Below, one piece after another: positions 34,191-45,858 of a stretch of DNA of 64,000 nucleotides. Every line of letters begins with the position of its first letter. The first letter of the stretch is position 1. The stretch lies in contig NIVC01000140.1 of NCBI GenBank assembly GCA_002269645.1, positions 372,001-436,000 on the forward strand. Reading direction: 5' to 3'. The stretch is from Macrostomum lignano. Lineage: Eukaryota. Under the pieces are notes generated by a model. It made no database searches. It saw nothing but the letters and a program-made list of their open reading frames with translations, and was not told where the DNA came from. Position numbers and translations under genes: made by a program.

Positions 34191-36952
34191 TCCGGCCTCA
34201 AGCTCCTCCATCTCCAGAGCCTGCAGGCCCCCCGTCTTTCCCGCTCGGGTTGGAGGCCGATTGCCCGGCGTCACCGGACGCGTCAGCAGCTCGCCAGAGG
34301 TCGCAGCAGCGGACCCTGCCGCCTGCTGGGGCGAGTAGTTTCGAAGAAGGGCTTCACCCGATGGAGAATGCGCCACTGAGTCGTCTCGGTCGACATCAGG
34401 TTCTGTGGATGGGGACAGTTTTCAGACGATGCAGTTTTTATGGATAGACTTTCCGCTAAAGCAAAGTACTGGATAGTGGAATCGAAAATCTGAGTCCGTC
34501 AGTCAGCACTGTGGCAGCGCTCGCCAAGCACCCACCGATCACATCGGCTTCTTCGTCTTCGTCATCGTCAGGCTCGGCCTCGTCCTCGGAGTCGCGCAAT
34601 TCGGCCTCCTCCTCGGAGTTGAGCTGTCGGATAATAAACTCCAGCTGCCGGTTCATGTCCGGCGAGTCCTCCTTGATGAAGCAGTTGAGCACAGCCTCCA
34701 GGTCCATGGCGCGGGCCTCAGCTCTGATGGCGGGCACAGCCAGGATGCTGTAGAGAGCGCCGTTTACGTACGGCAGAATGTCACGGTTCTCGTGACCCAG
34801 CAGGTCGCTGAGTACCTTCAGTACTTTTTTAGCCCGGGGCGGCGAGCAGTACTTCTTGCCGGCAGTGCGAAGGCAGAGGTTCATAAGCAGCGCCACCGTG
34901 TACTCGAGGCCGTAGTCGCTGAGGCCGTCGTGCTCAGCCAGCTGGTCGGCCAGCCAGTCGATGAGGTCCCGCCGGATCATGCCAGTCTGCATTCGACGGC
35001 GTAGGCTCAGCTTTTGTAGGGCGCCCACTAGTTGGTCGCGCACTGCCGGAGACCCGGTCTGGACAGGACAGGATAGGCAGCAAACTTAACCTTAACTATA
35101 CTGTAGAGAGCGAAAGCTAGCAGCATGAAGGCAGGCGCATACGACCAGCTCCTCGCCAAAGAGGAATTAATCTAACAGGGCTTGAACTCCTAGAGTTCTA
35201 CGCCTCTCCCAACGAATCTCGTGTAGCAACCTACCTGATCCTCCGGCGACTCTCTGCAGAGCTGCACCAGCGCCTGCAGCAGGCTGTCGCTGGCCTGGCC
35301 GGATGTCAGGTAGGTCCGGCCTCGGCACACGGATGCAAAAGCGTTTAGCAGCCGGCCGGCCGACTCCCGTACTCGCCGGTCATTGGAGCGCAGGCAGCCA
35401 AGCAGCAGCGGGGGCGGCTCCGCCTGCCCTGCCATGCCCAGGAGGTCGTGGGATACCCACTGGCCTACGCAGCGCTGCCTGGCCTCGCCCTCAGCCCTGG
35501 TGAGGCGCCATCGTAGCGCCTGGAGGAGGCCGGCGCGCAGAGCGTCGTCAGAGCTGGCAAGATCCCGTCGCAGTCGATCGTAGTCGGTGGCGCCCGCGGC
35601 CGCGGCAGCGGATGCGGAGGCCGCTCCAGCCGAGGCCGGGACGGCGTTGGCGGCTGCCTTGCCAGAGTCGCGGACGCTCTGCCTCAGCGCCTGGCCGGCA
35701 GAGCCCGGCCGAGTGAGGTCAAGGCTGCCCGTCTGCGCCTGAAACAGCCGCGCGCAGATCTGCTGCAGGAACTGTGGGTTCACCGGCCGGCCCTGCAGCG
35801 AGGCCTCGAGTGTATCCACCAGCTCGGCAGTGATGCCGATGAGGTTGTGATAGTCCGCCTGCACCTTGTTGTGCCGTCTCACGTACTGCGTCGCCCGCCT
35901 CTCTGCCTCAACTAGTTGGGCCTGCGAATGCGCAGCAAAGGCAGGGCTAGTAAACATGCCAGCTTAGGTGGTAACAGCTGGTTTAACCTTGGATCTTGTA
36001 AGTTTCTAGGCGATGTAAAATATAGAATTCATTGTCTATTAATTCTTGTTGGGTGAGTAATAATTGACCTGAAAGGCCGTGGCACCCACCTGCAGATCGG
36101 TCGCGGAGCCGCCAGCAGAGCCGGAGCCGGAGCCCCGGTACAGCTCGAAGAGGCGGCACTGGTTCCGCTCCGAGTCCAGTACCATGGCGAGGAACCGCTC
36201 CAGCCTCAGCTGCAGTTCCGGTACCCAGCGATCACTGAAGACATCTCGAAAGCTCGGATGGCTGCGCGGATCAGGAACATAGGGCAGGGCGTAGAAAGGC
36301 AGGAACTCGGTCGTCTGACTGAGCTGGGCGCCTTTTGTTTCTAGGAAGTGCCGAAAGTCGGACACAGCTTCATCGTCTGTGATGCCTTCGTGTCTCACCT
36401 GAAATTTAGGAGCATAAAAAATAATAAACGGGAGTCAGACAGTTTGAATTAATACGAGACAGGTAGATATGTGACTAGGTGCACGATTTCCCCTGTGCCA
36501 AATCACCTATTGATAAGTGGCAAATGTACCTCTGACTGGTGGAAGAGGCAAACAATTGGGACCCGAGGATTTTGTGTCATTTTCGACTCGTAATTTTGCG
36601 GCAAAAAGACATTGATTACCGAGTACGTGGCGAAGTAGATGTGCAGGTAGAACTCCAGTTTCTGGGCCACTGAATCTATCTGGCGCAGCTTGTGACTCAG
36701 CTGCTGCTCCCACAGTTGGAAGAAGGCCTCTCTTTCTCCCTTGTGAAAGTGGCGCAGCATGGTCTTTTGCGCCGTAACGGACGCAGAATTGGTGCGCAAT
36801 GCGGCGGGAACGCTCGGTACCGGCTTGCTGCGCTCGGCGCATTCGCGATCAAATGCGGCTGACGTCTGATCATAGCCCAGGCTCTCCAGGTACTCCTTCA
36901 CTATGTTGTTCAACTCCGTCTCATAGGCCACGGTTGATACAAAAGCTGACAT
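33897..36952 (-). CDS. ARMC9: LisH domain-containing protein ARMC9 (~785 aa)
   Basis: Exons 36952-36620, 36398-36090, 35921-35235, 35058-34536 and 34402-33897 are all GT-AG and phase-consistent. Signature blocks [58 protein letters not shown] and [11 protein letters not shown]. Confidence 0.95.
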
Positions 36953-37101
36953 AGCTGCGACCGAGGCATGCAATTTAGTATTCAATTCATAAAATTTTGA
37001 CACTGGAAAGTTTTTAAAACTTTTCTTATGAATTCATAATTGCTTCTGTCAATAGCAACATCGCGTGGTTTGAAATCTGATAAACCAAACTAGACGAGTC
37101 T

Positions 37102-37275
37102 CAGGGGCGGATCCAGGGGGGGGGGGCGTAAGGGGGCCATGAAGGGGCCTTGGCCGTGACCAAAAAAATTGGGCCATACTTTTTGTACTATAACTATGCA
37201 ATATCTATTTTTCAATATTAAGTTGTAGTGCTTGGTATAGCTTGCCCCCTCGAAAATTTTCTGGATCCGCTCCTG
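37102..37275. mobile_element. hAT-like MITE (174 bp)
   Basis: TIRs CAGGGGCGGATCCAG and CTGGATCCGCTCCTG. Flanks ACGAGTCT and GTGAGTTT match at only 5/8 (decayed TSD). Confidence 0.75.
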
Positions 37276-39060
37276 GTGAGTTTGGATAATTGGAGACAAT
37301 TTCTCCCTAGAATTTCATAATTCTGAGAAGTTAAATGATGGAAAACTCAATATATATCATATTAATTACGAATATCAGTATTAGTACTTAAGATATTAAA
37401 ATTAGTTATTAAAATGAACGTTCCACAGATAATCTTTTATGATTTTATTTTGGTATACGTGACTATACATCTTATCCAGTTAAAGCTAGAACGATCAGAT
37501 ACATCAATAAAGATTAACTTTAAATATCTTTGAAGCTTCGTTCGAGTTTTTAAGCAGTCTAATCTAATTAAAGCCTTATAAATTGTCAGGATTTTCAGGA
37601 ATTTTCTGGATAAAATTTATTATTAATAAGCATAGTGATTAAATCAGTTAAATGAAAAGGAGCTTAATGAATTACGTAAATAGTCATCATATAGTTAAGT
37701 ACGTATAAAAATTATGCGCAGCAAGTTTCTTAAGTTTGGTAGTGACTTGTGACATTGTGAAACTTATCAAATCACTTAATTGTTTTTCATGCGAAGTTCT
37801 AGTAACAAAAAAATAGTAAGAACATTCCAAACTTGAACAGGATATTGTTTGGTGAAACAAATTTAGACGATAACTTAATAATGCTATATATACAAATAAA
37901 CAAACTTAAAATGCTTTTAGAACTCCTTAAACGTATAAACTTTAAATAATAAACAATTAGACGCTGCTGTTTTGTTTGACGTACCTAGTTCGAAAAATCA
38001 AACCCGAAAAATTTAACTTATTCTCACGTGGAAGCTCGGCGTAAAAATGCTTTCTTTAAGTAGGTCTAGGTCTGAAATATCACGTCAATATTTTAATTAA
38101 AAAATAATTAGCAAATAAAATACGCGCATCATTGCCATAAAAATGACTGAGATTATTTTTCAGCGACAAATAAATAAGTTAAAAACAAATAACAAACATC
38201 CAAATAAATAAGTTTGTAGGCTTTTGTCAGTTTTGACTTTCATAATTGTATTAAGATTTGAGAGTTGTCAATATTTTTACTAAATTATTTCATTTGGTTG
38301 CTCAGATTATTGACCAAAAAACGAATCATTATTCATTGTTATTTGCTACTTTTATTTAACTTTTTATTCTAAGATGAGGGTAAAATCTGATTGTATAATG
38401 AATACTCTTTTATTAAAATTCTTCACTATTACAATAATAGGTCTGGACACAGGCATGGACACATAATTTGAATATAATTATTATAAATTTAAAACTGCTT
38501 AGTCTTTTTTATATCAAATAAGTAAATATTATTATACTATTTTAGGTCATATTAATCTAATTAATGATCTATTTTAGTTAAAGCTTTGTGATATTTTTAT
38601 ATGACTTGATAAAAAAATTAAATTTTTACATTTGAGTACTGATTCTGTTAGGCATTGTTGTATAATTTATATTATAAATTCATGGCTTTGATTTTATTAT
38701 TGTTGGGAGTGGAAATAAATTGATTCTATAATTCATTAAATAGGCCTAGGTCTACTATGCCTTTATAATTTATATTTATTCTTTTTGTAAATATGATTTG
38801 ACATATAGAGTCCTCAATAATCAAGCCTAAGAGATGCTAAATCATTAGATAGATTTATTATTTTAATTATTAAATATATTTCATTATTGTATTTTATATA
38901 TTTTTTTAGGAATTTTGTTCATATTATTATTAGTATAAGATAATTAAAAAGGAGAATATTATTTATCATTCATGTGCAAAATTGCTGCCATCCCATGGCT
39001 TTACACACCAGAGCTGGAATTTCTACCAGCCAGAGCTTCTGCTCCCCAGCAAGAATTTCC

Positions 39061-40032
39061 ATGATTTCTTTATTTCGGCAGCTAGCTACTGCAGGATCAT
39101 CTGGCACTCCAGGTACCAATAAAGGCAGAGGACTGCCACAGAAAAAGCCGATACCCAATGTGGACAAGATCCTGCTTGTGGGATCTGGAAAGGGAGGCGT
39201 TGGTCAGTGGCTCGATTCAGAAGCTGTTCTGTATTTCCACCTGTACTATTTTTGCCAGTTAATTATTTTCGTTTTTTTAGGCAAGTCGACCGTGTCGGTT
39301 AATCTAGCGGTCGCCATGGCAACAGCTGGCTATCGGGTGGGTCTGGCTGACGCGGACATCCAGGGGCCCTCGCTGGCCACCCTGCTGGGCCTGCGCGGCC
39401 GCCGCATGGAGGCCGAGGCACCGCCAGCTGTGGGAGGCGGCCGCCCGCGTCTCCTGCCTGTGGAGGCGCACGGCCTGCACTGCTCCTCCATGTCGCTGCT
39501 GATTCCGGAGGGCCGGGCGCCGGTGTGGCGCGGCCACATGCTGACCAGCGCCGTCTCCCAGCTGCTGTCTGGCGTGGCCTGGCCGCGGACGGACGTTCTG
39601 CTGGTGGACCTGCCGCCTGGCAGCGGCGACGTCCCGCTGTCCGTGGCGCAGAGCGTCCCGGCCGCCGCCTGCCTGCTGGTGGCCACCGCGCAACGAGTCG
39701 CCGTGGCAGATGTGGCACGGCACGTCGATATGATGGCCGCCCTGCGGGTGCCTGTCCTCGGCGTTGTGCACAACATGGCCGCCTTCCGCTGCCCCGCCTG
39801 CTCTGCCCGCCACCCGCTGTTTAACTCAGATGCCCTCGGCGACCTCATCAGGACGGCTGACCTGAAGCTGCTGGCGGAGCTGGAGCTCGAGCCCGGCGAT
39901 GCGCAGGCCTTGGACGACGGCCGGCCGAGCTTCTTGGCCTGTCCGGAGTCGCCCAACACCGCCGAGTTCGCCAGTCTGGCCGCCTCCGTGGCCCGCCTGC
40001 TGCAACTTCCGCCGCAGCCCGCCGCTGCCTGA
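39061..40032 (+). CDS. NUBPL: Mrp/NBP35-family Fe-S cluster carrier ATPase, NUBPL/Ind1-like (~297 aa)
   Basis: Exons 39061-39202 and 39281-40032 restore GKGGVGKST. DADIQGPS, DLPPGSGD and CPAC motifs. Short basic N-terminus without the NUBP1-type N-terminal Cys cluster. Confidence 0.85.
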   Translation: MISLFRQLATAGSSGTPGTNKGRGLPQKKPIPNVDKILLVGSGKGGVGQWLDSEAVLYFHLYYFCQLIIFVFLGKSTVSVNLAVAMATAGYRVGLADADIQGPSLATLLGLRGRRMEAEAPPAVGGGRPRLLPVEAHGLHCSSMSLLIPEGRAPVWRGHMLTSAVSQLLSGVAWPRTDVLLVDLPPGSGDVPLSVAQSVPAAACLLVATAQRVAVADVARHVDMMAALRVPVLGVVHNMAAFRCPACSARHPLFNSDALGDLIRTADLKLLAELELEPGDAQALDDGRPSFLACPESPNTAEFASLAASVARLLQLPPQPAAA

Positions 40033-40110
40033 CCCGTCCGCTTGTGGAAATCGGGCGGATGGCTGGCCGCTTGGCTGCATTCGTAGCTGCTCTGTTTCTT
40101 GCTGTGCTGA

Positions 40111-40515
40111 TCCTCCCCGATCGTCTCCGGTCCTCCACGAACTTCTCCAATCCTCCCCGATCGTCTCCGGTCCTCCACGAGCTTCTCCAACCCTCCCCGA
40201 TAGTCTCCGGTCCTCCACGAACTTCTCCAATCCTCCCCGATCATCGTCTCCGGTCCTCCACGAGCTTCTCCAATCCTCCCCGATCGTCTCCGGTCCTCCA
40301 CGAGCTTCTCCAATCCTCCCCGATAGTCTCCGGTCCTCCACGAACTTCTCCAATCCTCCCGGATCGTCTCCGGTCCTCCACGAACTTCTCCAATCCTCCC
40401 CTATCGTCTCCGGTCCTCCACGAACTTCTCCAATCCTACCCTATCGTCTCCGGTCCTCCACGAACTTCTCTCCAATCCTCCCCGATCGTCTCCGGTCCTC
40501 CACGAACTTCTCTAA
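40111..40515. repeat. Minisatellite, 40-bp unit, ~10 copies
   Basis: TCCTCCCCGATCGTCTCCGGTCCTCCACGAACTTCTCCAA in tandem. Confidence 0.95.
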
Positions 40516-41541
40516 CCTTTCTAGACCCTCTTATAATCCTTTAAGTCTTCTCTAATCCTTAATCCTTAGTGATCCTCTTTTATCGCTTAGTGGTCTTAAA
40601 TTACGAGTATCTTCAATCCTCTTTGATCCCCTCTTAAGCCTTTAATCCTCTCTGACCCTTTAATCTACTCCGATTTATCAAATCACTTCGAATTATTTTT
40701 AATATTCTATGATCCTAGTCTTCTTAAGCCTCTACGCCATCCGTTTTCTGGTGGTTAAACCCGTAAACCCCAATTTAATCTTAGTGGCCCTTTTCCATTT
40801 TTCATAGTTCTAGCATTTTCGCTGACTTGCTTAATATGGTAGTTTTCAAGGCTTCTGCTATTTTTGTGTTTTTATTTGAATTATTATTTTCACACCTGTT
40901 TGTCCATTATGAATAAATTTCATACCATTTAACCCTTGAAATTCCTCATACCAGAACTGAGTAATCATTGGATTTTGTAAACTTGTAGGCAAATAACTCA
41001 AGACTGAATTTTCCCTGTCATGAGAGGAAGCTGCTGTCAAGACTATAACACACGGGCTTTGTCTCCACCAACCTGCTCAGGGGGGCGGGGGGGTGGCAGA
41101 GCAGCTCTGGGGTAAACACGTCAGCCAAATTAATCCGGGGCTTGTGCAGGAAATTTGACGGGAGTTTGTCGTTCGATTTACAGCCATGAGGGCCAACTCC
41201 CAGGGCACCGAGAAGATACATGCCTGACGCTTAGAAATTCGGGTCCGCTTGTACACCCTGTGTGAGCGCGTGTAATGAGTGCGCGCCTGCGTACAGTATT
41301 GGTGCACTTGTGTGTGTTCAGGAGTCAGCGAAATGGGCAGAGTTGCTTCAGTTCTGGTTGTGGGCCGAAGGCGTAGCTCCAGGGTGCCCACAGGCTTCCT
41401 GCCACTGTCAGCAATCGAGTTTCCAGTGCTCAAAGTGATGCTTCATGTCAAAGCCATCTCTGCGGAGCCTCGCTAACTCCGAAATCTACATGTACTTGCA
41501 GTCGTCTGATCCCTCCAAGTCAGATTCCTAGTTGGTCCCAA

Positions 41542-43085
41542 TGCTAATCCATCAGTGCCACTATCTGCGCTAATCCCTCAGTGCCACTATCTGTGCTAAT
41601 CCCTCAGTGCCACTAACTGTGCTAATCCCTCAGTGCCCCTATCTGTGCTAATCCCTCAGTGCCACTAACTGTGCTAATCCCTCAGTGCCACTATCTGCAC
41701 TAATCCCTCAGTGCCACTATCTGTGCTAATCCCTCAGTGCCACTATCTGTGCTAATCCCTCAGTGCCACTAACTGTGCTTATCCCTCAGTGCCACTATCT
41801 GTGCTAATCCCTCAGTGCCACTATCTGTGCTAATCCCTCAGTGCCACTATCTGTGCTAATCCCTCAGTGCCCCTATCTGTGCTAATCCCTCAGTGCCACT
41901 AACTGTGCTAATCCCTCAGTGCCACTATCTGCACTAATCCCTCAGTGCCAATATCTGTGCTAATCCCTCAGTGCCACTATCTGTGCTAATCCCTCAGTGC
42001 CACTAACTGTGCTAATTCCTCAGTGCCACTATCTGTGTTAATCCCTCAGTGCCACTAACTGTGCTTATCCCTCAGTGCCACTCTGCGCTGATCCCTCAGT
42101 GCCACTATCTGTGTTAATCCCTCAGTGCCACTATCTGTGCTAATCCCCCAGTGCCACTATCTGTGCTAATCCCTCAGTGCCACTATCTGTGCTAATCCCT
42201 CAGTGCCCCTATCTGTGCTAATCCCTCAGTGCCACTAACTGTGCTAATCCCTCAGTGCCACTATCTGCACTAATCCCTCAGTGCCAATATCTGTGCTAAT
42301 CCCTCAGTGCCACTATCTGTGCTAATCCCTCAGTGCCACTAACTGTGCTAATTCCTCAGTGCCACTATCTGTTTTAATCCCTCAGTGCCACTAACTGTGC
42401 TAATCCCTCAGTGCCACTCTGCGCTAATCCCTCAGTGCCACTATCTGTGTTAATCCCTCAGTGCCACTATCTGTGCTAATCCCTCAGTGCCACTATCCGT
42501 GCGAATCCCTCAGTGCCACTATCTGTGTTAATCCCTCAGTGCCACTATCTGCGCTAATCCCTCAGTGCCACTATCTGTGTTAATCCCTCAGTGCCACTAT
42601 CTGTGCTAATCCCTCAGTGCCACTATCTGTGTTAATCCCTCAGTGCCACTATCTGTGCTAATCCCTCAGTGCCACTATCTGTGCTAATCCCTCAGTGCCA
42701 CTATCTGTGCTAATCCCTCAGTGCCACTATCTGTGTTAATCCCTCAGTGCCACTATCTGTGCTAATCCCTCAGTGCCACTATCTGTGTTAATCCCTCAGT
42801 GCCACTATCTGTGCTAATCCCTCAGTGCCACTATCTGTGCTAATCCCTCAGTGCCACTATCTGTGCTAATCCCTCAGTGCCACTATCTGTGTTAATCCCT
42901 CAGTGCCACTATCTGTGCTAATCCCTCAGTGCCACTATCTGTGTTAATCCCTCAGTGCCACTATCTGTGCTAATCCCTCAGTGCCACTATCTGTGTTAAT
43001 CCCTCAGTGCCACTATCTGTGTTAATCCCTCAGTGCCACTATCTGTGCTAATCCCTCAGTGCCACTATCTGTGCTAATCCCTCAG
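41542..43085. repeat. Minisatellite, 26-bp unit, ~59 copies
   Basis: GCTAATCCCTCAGTGCCACTATCTGT in tandem. Confidence 0.97.
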
Positions 43086-43502
43086 CGCCTTAATATCCCA
43101 CAGCGCTGCAATATACCTGACCATTAAAGGCTGTCAACGGTCAGTACAGCTCAGATTTTCACAAAATCAACGCAATGAATTGTATTAGCTCCGGTTAGGA
43201 AGAGAAGATGCCGAAGTCGTGTACGAATAGCATGCGGAAGGCAAGACGAGTGTTTGTGTTTAAATTACGCATAGGAACTGAAATTCTGTCGCCAACCCAA
43301 GCTCAGTGGCGGGTGGTTTGGATAAAAAAGTAGATGGAAATGCTTAGCAAGCTGAAGCACACAAAAACGCATTGCCTGCATTGAAGCTGACTGATGAAAA
43401 TATTTCGCACAAAAATGCTATATACGTCTGCTTCTATCGAGTCTTTCTTGCTGGCCCAGTTGAGGCACTGAAAAACAAAGTGCTGCTGCCGGCTGGAGGC
43501 CG

Positions 43503-45227
43503 CTAGTCCCCGCCGGCAAACAGCGGCTCGGCGCCGAGCTTGCGCTGCTTCACGCGGGTGCTGCGCTCCAGGTTGTTCTTCTTCTCGATTTCCAGCGCCA
43601 GGTCGCCGGCCTGCTCCCACTTGCAGGACTCGTCCATGAAGCTGCACTTCTCCGAGCCCCACTCTGGGTACACGTGCTCCACCGAGATGGCCATGGGCAG
43701 GTTCCTGGGCTCCAAGATGCCCTGCAGCAGCCGCGGGTTGGATTGCTTCCACTGTGTGGTCTCGATGGGCCTGGCCGGGTTCTTGCCGAACGGCGACTGC
43801 ATGCGCAAGTCGCCCACCTTGGAGCAGGTTGGGCCGGTGCGCTGGTAGTTGAAGTACAGGTCCGAGTTGTCCGGGTAGGACTCCTTCACGAATAGGGCCA
43901 CTTGGGCTGCTTCCGGGTACGGCTTGCGTATCTTGTAGGGCGGGAACATTTTCACCATGAGACGGTCGCACTGGTCAATGGCCACCAGGTGCGGGCCCCG
44001 CAGCGTCACCACAAGGTACTTCACCCAGCGGTACATGCCGATGCGCCGGTTCAGGATCCGTCTCGTCACCTCGATCTCGCAGCCGGTCCTCTTAGCGATG
44101 GACCGAAACTGCCCTGGGTCCACGAGGAAGGCCTCGACCACCTGGTCAGTGAGCAGCACAATGTACTCCTTGCGGGATACGTCAGCAAACACGTTCATGC
44201 AGCCGATCACAATGCCCTCCTTGTCCAGATGGCCCATGTTCAGCTTCTTCTTGTCCGTTTTATCCGCTTTTTTTTCCTCCCCCGGTGCGGGCAGGTCCTC
44301 AGCTGGCTCCCCGTCTTCCGCATCGCCTTCGCCATCTCCTTCGCCGCCTTCGTCGCCACCTTCACCGCCGGCAGCGTCCTCACCAGCTGAGGTGCTCGGC
44401 GTCTCCTGTTGGTCGGCCTCATCATCTTCTGTGGAGCTGCCGCCGCCGCCGCCGCCGCCGCCATCGTCAGCGATGTCCTCGTTATCGGTGGAGCTCACAC
44501 CGGCTCCGCTGCCTTCGGCGCCCTCCTTGCTGGTGCTGGTGGTGCCACCGTCGTCACTGGATTCGCGTCTGCATCGGTGATGGCGGAAGGAGTCAGGTGA
44601 CATAGTTCGAAATGGCAGTGTATACTCTAAAACTGGAGCTTAGTCTTAGCCTAGAATAGCAAACTATGATTGGGTGTGCGGCGCTTATCATCAGCTGGGC
44701 ACTCACGCATTGGACACATTGGACTCGCTGTCCATGATAATATTGATGTCCACCATGCCGTCCTTGTTTTTCTCCGCAGCCTTGAACTGCGTGATGATGG
44801 TGGTCTGCTTGCCCTCTGCACTGTGCCGCTGAATGTCCCGCAGTCCGCCCGCCTTGGACTGACCGAACGGGTTCTTGTTGTTGGTATTGGAGTCGGAGCG
44901 TCGGCGCTCTAGCTCAGCTGCTTGCTGCCGCTCCTGCCGGCTCAGCAGCTCGTGGAGGCAGCCGGCGGCTTTGGTTGTCACGGCAACCGCGTCCATAGTC
45001 CCGGAAGAGATGCTTTGTGGATTATCCGGGCGCGGCTGCTTGCTGGCCTCGGCCGTCTCGTTGGTCCAGGGATTCCAGTGGCGGAGGCTGCGTCTGGCGG
45101 CCCATCCCTTCTGCTGGCCGGCAGTCAGCTTCATCCACTCGAGAGAGCGGCCGAACACACGGCGGTCAACGGAGGTCGGACTGAATCCGGAGCCGCTGCT
45201 GGACTCGCAGCTGCTCTCACTTTCCAT
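43503..45227 (-). CDS. Uncharacterised protein (~528 aa) with an acidic low-complexity region and a degenerate KH-like domain
   Basis: Exons 45227-44707 (donor GC|gtgagt) and 44568-43503 (acceptor gatgcag|A) join in frame. GC-rich codon style like the neighbouring genes. Confidence 0.7.
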
Positions 45228-45858
45228 GCCTAGTCGGGTCTGCGCTTTGCTCGTCTTGAAGGCAGAATGAAATAGGCGATGAGGCAGGGAAGCTGAGCAG
45301 GGGGCGTAAACTTTTTGTGCTCGGCTTCTCACAGAGCGAGCTCAGCGGAGTTGTCTATGGCTTTCATCTTGAGACAAGCTTTGCCTTCAATAATGCTCTG
45401 TGGGATTTCAAGTTACGAGCATAAAGAGGTGAATATTTGGCTTTCTATTATATTTATGATTCTAGATGCGTAATGCATGCTTCTCATAGAGTTTTTAAGT
45501 CCGGAAATGGAATTCTTCATAAGAGCTTGAGTGAACTTATGGAGTTGCATGATGTCAATAAGGCAGGAAATATGGGTCTTGATCTTGAGATTCGATTTCG
45601 GATCTACAGTGCAATGGTTTAGGTTTCGTAAGCAATAAGGCAGGGGACATGGGTCACTGGGAGCCTATTTGTGAGTGATTGACTTAATTTAGACTACTGA
45701 TGATAAAAGTAGACGATTAAAGAGTTGAAAGTTAAAATCTCTCACATAGCCAAAAATGTCTCCATAAAAGAAATGGCAGCATAAAACAAGCGACCAATCA
45801 GGAAGCGGCCGGCCAATCGAGAGAAAAAGGCCAGCCGCATTAGAGGGAGAGCGCGAGG

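Noticed and set aside
41542-43085. CRISPR-like appearance of the regular 20-50-bp arrays (also 25037, 46429, 49297)
   Set aside because: Units are head-to-tail with no unique spacers, there are no cas genes, and the context is eukaryotic and spliced.
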